Source: Mucisphaera calidilacus
GTDB taxonomy: Bacteria; Planctomycetota; Phycisphaerae; Phycisphaerales; Phycisphaeraceae
Reading direction: 5' to 3'
Assembly: GCF_007748075.1 (NCBI RefSeq)
Contig: NZ_CP036280.1
Span: forward strand, 540,001 to 572,000
DNA: 32,000 nt
In this document: one piece after another, positions 9,377 through 17,525 of the stretch
Position numbering within the stretch: position 1 is the stretch's first letter
How the letters are laid out: every line of letters begins with the position of its first letter
Translations under genes and position numbers: made by a program
The notes under the pieces: generated by a model
Database searches by the model: none
The model's input: only the letters and a program-made list of their open reading frames with translations
Told to the model about the DNA's origin: nothing

Positions 9377-9982
9377 ATGAACAAGCTCGCAATGATCGCT
9401 GGAATCGCTCTGGCTGGCACGGCTGCCACCGCGGCTCAGGCCGCCTTCAGTGTCACCCTCCAGGCCGGTGTCCTCAAGGACGCGCTGGGCGACAGCCCGC
9501 TGGTCGGCGGCACCCTCGCCCTGATCGCCGACGTCGAAGGCGACGGCATCGGCTCGGTCGAAGACATGATCGACAGCCCCGAGGCGTGGCTCACCGACGA
9601 CGACGACATCCTTCTTGACCTCGTGAAGATCACTGAGTTCTTCGGCACGCAGGGCTTCGTCTCGGCCGACCTCGGCCCCTTCGAGGCTCCCGCCAACTCG
9701 AAGATCGTCTTCGCCTTCTACAACAACAACTTCGACGAGGTTGACGAGACCACCGGCCCCGGCTTCGGCGTCGAGTTCGCCTCGTACGACGGTGACTTCA
9801 TCCTCACCAACCCCAACGCCAGCGGTTTCTTCGTGTCGGCCGTGACCAACGACCTGTTCGGCGGCACGCTGACCCCCGAGACCCTCTACGCCAACGATGG
9901 CGTCACCCGTGAGATCCCCGAGCCCGCCTCGCTGGCTCTGCTCGGTCTCGGTGCCCTCGCCATCGCACGTCGTCAGGCCTGA
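9377..9982 (+). CDS. PEP-CTERM-anchored exported protein of unknown function (201 aa)
   Basis: RBS AAGGA (9364-9368) lies 8 nt before the ATG. Signal peptide MNKLAMIAGIALAGTAATAAQA|AF. The acidic middle region includes DDDD. The C-terminus PEPASLALLGLGALAIARRQA has the canonical PEP motif, hydrophobic helix and basic tail. Confidence 0.88.
   Translation: MNKLAMIAGIALAGTAATAAQAAFSVTLQAGVLKDALGDSPLVGGTLALIADVEGDGIGSVEDMIDSPEAWLTDDDDILLDLVKITEFFGTQGFVSADLGPFEAPANSKIVFAFYNNNFDEVDETTGPGFGVEFASYDGDFILTNPNASGFFVSAVTNDLFGGTLTPETLYANDGVTREIPEPASLALLGLGALAIARRQA
9917..9979 (+). other. PEP-CTERM sorting signal (predicted exosortase substrate)
   Basis: Codons CCC GAG CCC (9917-9925) encode P-E-P. They are followed by ASLALLGLGALAIA and RRQA immediately before the TGA stop. 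No exosortase gene lies in this window. Confidence 0.8.
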
Positions 9983-10020
9983 TCGTCTGACATCACCGTC
10001 CCCTGTTAACACGAACACGG

Positions 10021-10038
10021 GGGGCCCGAGCGGGCCCC
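10021..10038 (+). other. GC-rich intercistronic hairpin between the PEP-CTERM gene and the next gene
   Basis: GGGGCCCG (10021-10028) / CGGGCCCC (10031-10038) are exact reverse complements. No clear T-tract follows (TCTCTACC), so this is more likely an RNA-stability or processing element than a terminator. Confidence 0.3.
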
Positions 10039-10069
10039 TCTCTACCGAACCAATTAAGGAAGAAGAAAG

Positions 10070-12061
10070 ATGAAGTCCACCATGAAGCTCCTGTGCGCCG
10101 CCCTCGTTGCCGGTCTCGGTTTCGCCGGTGCCGCCCAGGCCCAGATCAACGTCGCTAACGAAGAGATTTTCCTGGACGGTGGTACCGTCGGTCCCTTCAC
10201 GGACAACTCCGGTGCTGCCGACGACGGTATTTTCCTGATCACCGAGTCGGGCACCCTGACCGCTGACAAGTGGTACAACCTTCAGACCCGCGTCGTGGTC
10301 GCCCCCGGCGCCACACTCGTCATCGAGCCGGGCACGGTCTTCGCTTCGGGCAACAACCCGGACGGCCTCTCGGGCACGCTCGTCGTCGCTCGCGGTGCCC
10401 AGATCATGGCCGAGGGCACCAAGGACGCCCCCATCATCTTCACCAGCCGCACCGACCTGGCCAACTGGGCCGACGATGCGAACTCGGTGACCGGCAAGGA
10501 CTCGCGCAGCCGTGGCCTCTGGCGCCAGGGCAACGCGGAGTGGGGCAGTGTCGCCCTCCTCGGCAAGGCTCGTATCTCTGACACCCGTCAGAACCCCCTG
10601 AACCCGACCGAGTTTGACCAGGTCAAGGTTGCCGGCATCGAGGGTCTGCCCACGCTGCCCGGCGGCATCAACCTCTACGGCGGTCTCATCGACAACGATG
10701 ACAGCGGCACCATGAAGTACGTCTCGCTCAGCTACGGCGGCGACGACTTCGATCCCGCTTCGAACTCCGAGCTCAACGGCATGTCGTTCGGCGGTGTCGG
10801 CCGTGGCACCGACGTCAGCCACATCGAGATCTTCAACAACATCGACGACGGTCTTGAGATCTTCGGCGGTGCGGTCAACATCAAGTGCCTCGCCGTCTGG
10901 AACATCGGTGACGACTCGCTCGACATCGACCAGGGCTACCGCGGCAAGGTTCAGTTCGTCCTCATCGGTCAGGGTGCCTCCGGCTCCTACAACCAGGGCT
11001 CGGGCTACGGCGACAACGGCGTCGAGGCCGACGGTGCCGACGGCGACTCCACGGCTCAGCCCGTGACCGCCATCTCGATCTGGAACGCGACCGTCATCGG
11101 TGCTCCTGCCCTGCAGAACGTCCCCGATGACGACTCGACCGACCACCTGATCGCCCTGCGTGACAACGCCAACATCCAGTTCTGGAACTCGATCTTCATG
11201 ACCGCCGGCGACACCGTTCTCAAGAACGACAACGACGACGGCGACGGCTCCACCGGCTACGGTGCCGCCGGCAGCCTCTCGTTCAACGATCGCTGGTCGA
11301 CCCTCGCCGGTTACTACCTCGATCCCGCCAACGGCTTCGCCAACGCCGGCAGCGCCACCGCTGCTGACTTCAAGGCCGCCTACACCGCTCAGGACGCCGC
11401 CGCGAACCTCCTGCAGATCGCCGGCACCGTCTTCTACTCGAACGAGAACTACGGCCTGGCCACCAGCGCTGACACCGGCGTTCTGCCCAGCGACGTCGTC
11501 GGCAGCGAGAACGTTGCCCTGAGCAACAAGGTCGTCGCCGACCTCCCGATCGTCTCGATCACCCGTGCGACCACCCCCGCGGACGTCCCCTTCTTCGTTC
11601 CCTCGAGCGACCTGGGCGACGGCACCATCGGCAACATCATGTCGATCGACCCCCGCGCGGCTGCTGAGGCCCTCGCCGAGAACCGCGAGCTGAAGTTCCA
11701 GCCTCCCGTCGACGGCTTCTACACCACCCCGACCAACTTCGTCGGTGCCGTGGGTCCCTTCTCCGACTGGCTCCAGGGCTGGACCGGTATCTCGGCCATC
11801 GAGAACAACGACGGCGTGGCCATCCTCGCCAGCCCGGCTCCGCCTGCTGAGCCCGGCAACGTCGCTCTCGACCTCGCTCCCTGCGTGAGCTTCGAGACCG
11901 TCAAGGACTGCCTCTACGAGGTCGTCTGCGTCGACGCGGACGGCAACGAGCGCGTCGTCGAAGTGGTCGCCGGCAACGGTGCCCAGGTCTTCGTCACCGA
12001 CAAGCTCAACAAGCCCCTCGATGCGTCCAAGAAGTACGTTGTCCGCATCGCCACCCACTGA
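10070..12061 (+). CDS. Exported protein of unknown function (663 aa), probably beta-helix-like; resembles lipoprotein-like partners often encoded beside TonB-dependent receptors
   Basis: RBS AAGGAAGAAGAAAG precedes the ATG. Signal peptide MKSTMKLLCAALVAGLGFAGAAQA|Q. Motifs such as LTADKWYNL...VVAPGATLVIEPGTVF, GTLVVARGAQIMAEGTKDAPIIFTS, GTMKYVSLSYGG, GVGRGTDVSHIEIFNNIDDGLEIFGGAVNIKCLAVWNIGDDSLDIDQGYRGKVQF recall from memory a family of unknown function found next to TBDR genes in Bacteroidota and marine Proteobacteria. This was not verified. Confidence 0.8.
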   Translation: MKSTMKLLCAALVAGLGFAGAAQAQINVANEEIFLDGGTVGPFTDNSGAADDGIFLITESGTLTADKWYNLQTRVVVAPGATLVIEPGTVFASGNNPDGLSGTLVVARGAQIMAEGTKDAPIIFTSRTDLANWADDANSVTGKDSRSRGLWRQGNAEWGSVALLGKARISDTRQNPLNPTEFDQVKVAGIEGLPTLPGGINLYGGLIDNDDSGTMKYVSLSYGGDDFDPASNSELNGMSFGGVGRGTDVSHIEIFNNIDDGLEIFGGAVNIKCLAVWNIGDDSLDIDQGYRGKVQFVLIGQGASGSYNQGSGYGDNGVEADGADGDSTAQPVTAISIWNATVIGAPALQNVPDDDSTDHLIALRDNANIQFWNSIFMTAGDTVLKNDNDDGDGSTGYGAAGSLSFNDRWSTLAGYYLDPANGFANAGSATAADFKAAYTAQDAAANLLQIAGTVFYSNENYGLATSADTGVLPSDVVGSENVALSNKVVADLPIVSITRATTPADVPFFVPSSDLGDGTIGNIMSIDPRAAAEALAENRELKFQPPVDGFYTTPTNFVGAVGPFSDWLQGWTGISAIENNDGVAILASPAPPAEPGNVALDLAPCVSFETVKDCLYEVVCVDADGNERVVEVVAGNGAQVFVTDKLNKPLDASKKYVVRIATH

Positions 12062-12113
12062 TCCGTCAGTTATACTGACGCACGCAGTGTGTGAGACAAT
12101 CTTGGTTTAACCG

Positions 12114-12150
12114 CGATGGCGGGGTTGAAAGGCCCCGCCATCGTTTTCTT
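12114..12150 (+). terminator. Rho-independent terminator closing the 8226-12061 operon
   Basis: 11-bp GC-rich stem CGATGGCGGGG (12114-12124) / CCCCGCCATCG (12133-12143) with an 8-nt loop, followed by TTTTCTT (12144-12150). A second small hairpin CGTCAGT-TAT-ACTGACG lies at 12064-12080 directly after the stop codon. Confidence 0.8.
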
Positions 12151-12183
12151 ACCTCCCTCAGCCTCCCACGCAAGGGTTGATCG

Positions 12184-13452
12184 TTGATCCAGCTACGCCG
12201 TCTGTTCTCACCAGTGCTCTGGGCGCTGACGCTGACCTGCCTCTGTCTGTGCTTATTGCCGGCGTCGGAAGCGACCGCCGATACGACGGCATCCGGGTCC
12301 GAGCACGCATCCATCACCTACCCGCCGCAGGTCGCCATCGACGCCTACAAAAGCCGTCTGCTCGACGTTGCCATGAGCGCCGCGTCCAAGATGCCGATCG
12401 TCGTGCACCTCAAGAATCGCTCAAGATCTCAGTACAAGGTGTTCCGGGCGACGCTCGATCACGACCAGGTCGAGACGGCTCGCGAATACCTGACACGGAT
12501 TGACAACTGGCGCCGCGGGGCCGCAGCGGCCGACTTTGCCTACTACTGTGCCGACCACGGATTTCCCGAGCCTGTTGCGTCTTACCTGCGGCTGGCCAAG
12601 GCATCGTCGCTGCTCGCGACGCAGGACTGGCAGCGGGACTACATCGAGCTCACGATGGCCAACACCCAGCTCGTGCTCGGCCAGAAGCAGCTGGCTGAGA
12701 CCTTCCGCGAGGGGCTGACCGACGATGTCTTCCGCGGTCAGTTGGAGATCACCGAGTCACGCCTCAGCGACGAGCAGCAGTACGAGACGATGATGGAGCG
12801 ACTCGATGTTCTGCTGGACACGAATCGTTACGAGGTGATCGTCAACGGTGCTCAGGCCTACGCCCAGCTGTACGAGAAGCATTACGCGGACGGGGAGCGT
12901 CGCCAGACGATCGAGAACAAGCTGCGTGTCGCCTACAAGGACATGCCCGGGCCTGAGACGATCGACCTCCTGCTGATGCTGGTTCAGACGGCGTTGGAGC
13001 ACGAGGATCGTGAGACGGCGCTGCGGCTGCTCCGCGATACCGACGTGCTGTTCGCCGAGACGCAATGGCCGTCGAACACGGAGTACGCGTATCAGTTCGA
13101 GTCGCGGATCGTTCAGCGTTATGCCGATGTGGGCGAGTCGGCGCTGGCGAGCACGCGTCTGGCCGCGATGGCAAAGCGCTACGAAGAAGAGGAATCAGAG
13201 ATCGTCGATATCTCCCGGGCCGAGGCGATCCAGGCGATCGCCGAGGGCTACGCCGGCATGGGGCATCTCGACCTGGCGAGGCTCCACTACCAGCGGGCGC
13301 TGGACGCGGGGTTTGTGAACCCGAACGGTCGTCCACGAGCGGAGGATCTCGTGGCGGTTTGTCTGTCCATGGCTCGTTTTGGCGTTGAGCCGGACGACGA
13401 ACTCTGGGATCTGATCCAGACCCGGCACGACGAACTGGGAACGCCGTGGTGA
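12184..13452 (+). CDS. Exported all-helical, TPR-like repeat protein of unknown function (422 aa), translationally coupled to the TonB-dependent transporter
   Basis: TTG start at 12184 follows AAGGG by about 7 nt. The hydrophobic N-terminus is LFSPVLWALTLTCLCLCLLPASEATA|DT. The composition is Ala/Leu/Glu/Arg-rich, with TPR-like segments such as AIAEGYAGMGHLDLARLHYQRALDAGF. The stop overlaps the next gene's GTG start (GTGA at 13446-13452). Confidence 0.7.
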   Translation: MIQLRRLFSPVLWALTLTCLCLCLLPASEATADTTASGSEHASITYPPQVAIDAYKSRLLDVAMSAASKMPIVVHLKNRSRSQYKVFRATLDHDQVETAREYLTRIDNWRRGAAAADFAYYCADHGFPEPVASYLRLAKASSLLATQDWQRDYIELTMANTQLVLGQKQLAETFREGLTDDVFRGQLEITESRLSDEQQYETMMERLDVLLDTNRYEVIVNGAQAYAQLYEKHYADGERRQTIENKLRVAYKDMPGPETIDLLLMLVQTALEHEDRETALRLLRDTDVLFAETQWPSNTEYAYQFESRIVQRYADVGESALASTRLAAMAKRYEEEESEIVDISRAEAIQAIAEGYAGMGHLDLARLHYQRALDAGFVNPNGRPRAEDLVAVCLSMARFGVEPDDELWDLIQTRHDELGTPW

Positions 13453-16400
13453 TCAGACCCATCCTCGGATTCATCCTTGCGTGTGGTCTGATGCTTGTGC
13501 TGACGAGCACGGCCATGGCTCAGCAAGTGGGATCGATCCGTGGTGTGGTCTACGACAACGACTTCGACATGCCGCTCGCCGAGGCGCGGGTGACGATCAC
13601 CGAGACGGGGCAGGAGACCTTCACCAACGAGAACGGCAACTACACGTTTGGTGAGGTGCCGCCGGGGCAATACACCCTGGTCTTCAGCCGCGAGGGATTC
13701 CTGCGTTATGTGGAGTCAGGCGTCCTTGTTCGCGAAGGACAACTCAGTGACATCGACGCACGACTCGACGGCGACTTCGCCGAGATGGAGGAGTTCGTCG
13801 TTCAGGACATCCAACTCGGCGGCGCGACCGCTGTCGGCCTGCTCGACCTGCGTATCGAGAGCCCGGCGCTGATCGACTCGGTCGGCGCTGACCTGATGAG
13901 CCAGGCAGGCGCGGGCGACGCCGAGGCCGGCCTCAAGCTCGTGTCGGGTTCCACGACGACGTCCGAGGGTTTCGCGGCCATCCGTGGTCTGCCGCCTCGC
14001 TACATCAGCACGCAGCTCAACGGCGTCGTGCTGCCCAGCGCCAACCCCGACACGCGTGCGGTCAAGCTCGACCTCTTCCCCTCGGACATCATCGAGTCGA
14101 TCCAGGTCAGCAAGTCGTTCACGCCCGACCAGCAGGGCACAGCATCGGGCGGCGCGGTGAACATTGTCACCAAGAGCATTCCTGAGCAGAACTTCTTTAA
14201 GATCTCATTTGGCGTCGAGACCAACACCAACCGGCCCGAGAACGGCGGGTTCCTCGTCGACGCACGAGGCCCGGTCAAGTTCTCGGGCGTCGACAACGGC
14301 CGCGACCTGCCCGGCGGTCTCCGCGGACTCACGCCCGGCACCTCGCCGATTCTCGAGCCGACGCGTTTTGGTGACGCGGGCCCGGGTTACGGCAACGCGC
14401 CGCTTGAGTACAACTGGTCGATGACCGGCGGCGGCAGGCAGGAATTAGATACCGGCGTGACGGTCGGATTCCAGGCCACGATGTTCTGGGAGCAGGACAT
14501 GTCCCACCGCGAGAACGCTGTGAACGAGGAGCGGGTCATCAGCACCGTCAACCCGGGTGCCGGCATGATCCCGACGACCAGTGACTCCAGCGCGCTCGGC
14601 TTCCTCAGGCCGCCCGAGGACGATGGCGACCAGATCCTCACGAGCATCTTTTCGGAAACCAAGTCGACCCACCAGGTGCAGTGGGGCACGCTCGGCACCG
14701 TGGGGCTCCAGAGCGAGAATCACGACCTGCGCATCACCATCCTCCACGCCCAGAACACCACCTCCAGCGCGAGCATCGCCGACGACACCCAGGGCAAGCA
14801 CGAGAAGTTCCCCGGGCATGACCGCTTCGACCCGACCTCGCCCGGCGGCTCGAACGACGGCGGCGACGACTTCACCAACTTCGCGCCCTATCGACGCCTG
14901 GAAACCCAGGAATACATCGAACGCACGGTGCAGAGCCTGCAGTTCGGCGGCGAGCACACCCTGGCGCTGGGCGACGCCGTCGATGATCGTGGCTGGCAGA
15001 TGGGCGAGTTGACGTGGTTGGTTCCCGTACTCGACTGGAACGTCTCGCGCAGCTTCTCCCGTCGTTCGGAGCCCGGGACACTGATCCTCGACTCCAGGTA
15101 CAACCCGGCCAACAGCATCTCGGCGGTCGGCAGCCAGGAATCCGTCGGGTTTGAGGGTGCTGGCGGCGAGCTGGGCGCGTTTAACGTGATCTTCCGCGAT
15201 ATCGAGGAAGACAGCGCGCAGTACCGGCTCAACCTGAAGTTCCCCTTCCGCCAGTGGAGCGATGAAGAGGGCTATTTCAAGATCGGCATCTTCAACGACT
15301 TTACCGAGCGCGAGTACAAGCAGGACACCTTCACCATCCCCGAGGGCACGCAGCGTTTTCTCTTTCTCGAAGACTTCTTCGGGACACGCTTCTCGCAGGC
15401 ACTGTCGAACCCGGACGAATTCACCGACCAACTCTACGATCCGTTTGGTGGCCTGATCCCCGGTTTCGCCTTCGATGATCCGGGTGACCTGATCGCGACG
15501 CCGATCGACTTCCAGTACACCGGCGAGCAGGACATCGACGCTATCTACTGGATGGTCGATCTGCCGGTCACGTCCTGGCTCAAATTCATCGGCGGCATGC
15601 GGTTTGAAAGCACGTCGCTCTCGACCGATATCGATCCCGACACGCCGACGACCGAAGTCTATCTCGACGGCCCGGTGCTGGCCACGATCCCAGGGGCCAC
15701 ACCCGGAACACCCGTCTCGGTCAGCTCGTTGCCCCCCGGCACGCTGGACGCCGATCTCAGCCAGGACGACATCCTCCCCTCGATCAGCATGGTGCTCGAG
15801 CCGGCCGAGGGCCTGATGGTCCGTGCGGGTTATGCTCACACGATCGCTCGGCCGACGTTCCGCGAGCTGACGCCCGTCTCCCAGTCGCTCTACTTCGGCC
15901 AGACGCCTTTCGTGGGTAACCCGTTCCTCAACATGAGCGAGGTGAAGAACTACGACCTGCGTGTCGACTACCGGCCCTACCGCGACACACTCTTCTCCGT
16001 CTCCTACTTCTACAAAGACATCAAGGACCACATCCAGGTCGTGCGTCAGGCTCAGGGCTCCAACAGCATCGTCATCCCCGTCAACTTCCCCGACGGCGAG
16101 ATCAACGGCTGGGAGTTCGAGGTACGCCAGGCCATGGGACGTCTGTATGAACCGCTTCAGGGCCTGACCATCGGCGGCAACGCCACCCTCCTCGACACCG
16201 AGGTGACACTCCGCGACTACGAGCAGGACCAGCTGGGGCGTGCCGGCTTCCCGACCGAGACGGTTCGGATGACCGATGCACCGGAGTATCTCTACAACCT
16301 CTATTTCACCTACAACCGCGAGGAACTCGGGACGAGTTTCTCACTCTTTTACACGGTTCGGGGTAACACACTCGTCACCACACCCGGCGTCCGAGGCGAC

Positions 16401-16652
16401 GTCAACGGCGCGGGCGGCAGCCCGAACTTCTACATCCCCGCGGTCTACGAAGAGGAGTATGGCACGCTCAACTTCACCATCGCCCAGCGGCTGGGCGAGT
16501 ATTTCCAGGTGAAATTCGCGGCCAAGAACCTGCTGGATCCCGATATTACGACGTACTACGACAATGAACTCAACGGCGGCAAGACCGTCAAGACGTCCTA
16601 TAAAAAGGGCGTTGATCTGTCGCTGGGTGTGAGCCTGGACTTCGAGTTCTGA
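13446..16652 (+). CDS. TonB-dependent outer-membrane transporter with an N-terminal carboxypeptidase-regulatory-like domain (Oar-like architecture, 1068 aa)
   Basis: Signal peptide ...LVLTSTAMA|QQ. A CarboxypepD_reg-like segment GSIRGVVYDNDFDMPLAEARVTITETGQETFTNENGNYTFGEVPPGQYTLVFSREGF follows. A TonB-box-like EEFVVQD lies at 13788-13808. Plug motifs are AIRGLPPRYISTQLNGV and FPSDIIESIQVSKSFTPDQQGTASGGAVNIVTKS. The long beta-barrel region ends in the aromatic terminal ...SLDFEF. Confidence 0.9.
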   Translation: MVIRPILGFILACGLMLVLTSTAMAQQVGSIRGVVYDNDFDMPLAEARVTITETGQETFTNENGNYTFGEVPPGQYTLVFSREGFLRYVESGVLVREGQLSDIDARLDGDFAEMEEFVVQDIQLGGATAVGLLDLRIESPALIDSVGADLMSQAGAGDAEAGLKLVSGSTTTSEGFAAIRGLPPRYISTQLNGVVLPSANPDTRAVKLDLFPSDIIESIQVSKSFTPDQQGTASGGAVNIVTKSIPEQNFFKISFGVETNTNRPENGGFLVDARGPVKFSGVDNGRDLPGGLRGLTPGTSPILEPTRFGDAGPGYGNAPLEYNWSMTGGGRQELDTGVTVGFQATMFWEQDMSHRENAVNEERVISTVNPGAGMIPTTSDSSALGFLRPPEDDGDQILTSIFSETKSTHQVQWGTLGTVGLQSENHDLRITILHAQNTTSSASIADDTQGKHEKFPGHDRFDPTSPGGSNDGGDDFTNFAPYRRLETQEYIERTVQSLQFGGEHTLALGDAVDDRGWQMGELTWLVPVLDWNVSRSFSRRSEPGTLILDSRYNPANSISAVGSQESVGFEGAGGELGAFNVIFRDIEEDSAQYRLNLKFPFRQWSDEEGYFKIGIFNDFTEREYKQDTFTIPEGTQRFLFLEDFFGTRFSQALSNPDEFTDQLYDPFGGLIPGFAFDDPGDLIATPIDFQYTGEQDIDAIYWMVDLPVTSWLKFIGGMRFESTSLSTDIDPDTPTTEVYLDGPVLATIPGATPGTPVSVSSLPPGTLDADLSQDDILPSISMVLEPAEGLMVRAGYAHTIARPTFRELTPVSQSLYFGQTPFVGNPFLNMSEVKNYDLRVDYRPYRDTLFSVSYFYKDIKDHIQVVRQAQGSNSIVIPVNFPDGEINGWEFEVRQAMGRLYEPLQGLTIGGNATLLDTEVTLRDYEQDQLGRAGFPTETVRMTDAPEYLYNLYFTYNREELGTSFSLFYTVRGNTLVTTPGVRGDVNGAGGSPNFYIPAVYEEEYGTLNFTIAQRLGEYFQVKFAAKNLLDPDITTYYDNELNGGKTVKTSYKKGVDLSLGVSLDFEF

Positions 16653-16692
16653 AACCGCTCGGGCCTCTGATCGCCCGGCATGCAAAGGTTGG

Positions 16693-17508
16693 ATGACGAT
16701 GAAACACCTACTGACACACCCGCTCACGCCCTCGGGCATGGCCGTCGGCCTGCTGGCCGTCGTGCTCGGCACGGGCCTCTGCTCCGCCGCCGACGATCCG
16801 GACGCGACGCCGTCGCTGACGATCGACCAGACGCGCGATCAGCTCGAGCAGTGGGTGGAGACACGCCGGCTGATCTCGAAGGAAAAGCGCGACCTTGAGA
16901 TCGCCAGGGAGCTGCTCCTGGAGCGTATCGCGGTGATCGAGGCCGAGATCGAGGCGATCCGCGGGAAGATCGTCGAGACCGAGGAGAGCCTCGCCAAGAC
17001 CGACGAGCAGTACAACGAACTCACCAGCGAGAACGAGATGCTCAAGGGCGCGTCCGAGACGCTGCTGGCGACACTCGGCGCGATGGAAGAGCAGGTCCGC
17101 CGTCTGCTGATCAGCTCGCCGACGCCGGTGGTCAATCAGGTGAAGATCCTCAGCCAGCAGATCCCCGGCGACCCGGAGTCGACCGACCTGCCGATGTCGA
17201 ACCGCTACCAGAACGTGATCGGCATCCTGAACGAGATCAACAAGTTCAACAGCGTCGTCACCGTCGCCAACGAAACCCGCGAGGTGGGCGACGGACAGTC
17301 GGCGGAGGTCACGGTGATGTACCTCGGCGTCTCGAAGGCCTACTACACGGGACGCAGCGGTGCGATCGGCGGCGTGGGCACGCCCGCGGCGGACGGCTGG
17401 GACTGGGAGCCGGTCAACAGCGCCGGACCGGCGATCAAGCTGGCGATCGACATCTACAAGAACGAAGAAGTGGCGGCCTTCGTGGACCTGCCTCTTGAGG
17501 TCCAGTGA
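16693..17508 (+). CDS. DUF3450-family periplasmic coiled-coil protein (TtpB-like component of TonB2-type systems)
   Basis: Signal-like N-terminus; the start could instead be ATG 16699. The long heptad-like segment is QLEQWVETRRLISKEKRDLEIARELLLERIAVIEAEIEAIRGKIVETEESLAKTDEQYNELTSENEMLKG. It lies immediately upstream of a long MotA/TolQ/ExbB protein, as in Vibrio TonB2-type clusters. Confidence 0.7.
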   Translation: MTMKHLLTHPLTPSGMAVGLLAVVLGTGLCSAADDPDATPSLTIDQTRDQLEQWVETRRLISKEKRDLEIARELLLERIAVIEAEIEAIRGKIVETEESLAKTDEQYNELTSENEMLKGASETLLATLGAMEEQVRRLLISSPTPVVNQVKILSQQIPGDPESTDLPMSNRYQNVIGILNEINKFNSVVTVANETREVGDGQSAEVTVMYLGVSKAYYTGRSGAIGGVGTPAADGWDWEPVNSAGPAIKLAIDIYKNEEVAAFVDLPLEVQ

Positions 17509-17525
17509 GGACGAAAAGGACAACC

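Noticed and set aside
9362-12058. 898-aa antisense ORF spanning two genes and their intergenic spacer
   Set aside because: It has shadow-frame composition (G/V/D/A/E-rich). It runs through a spacer and opposes two ORFs that have signal peptides, RBSs and a PEP-CTERM signal.
12062-13445. A riboswitch (for example cobalamin or other) upstream of the TonB-dependent transporter
   Set aside because: The only non-coding stretch is 12062-12183. It is filled by a small hairpin and the terminator, and I could not recognise a B12-box or other riboswitch core by eye. A covariance-model scan would be needed to exclude it formally.
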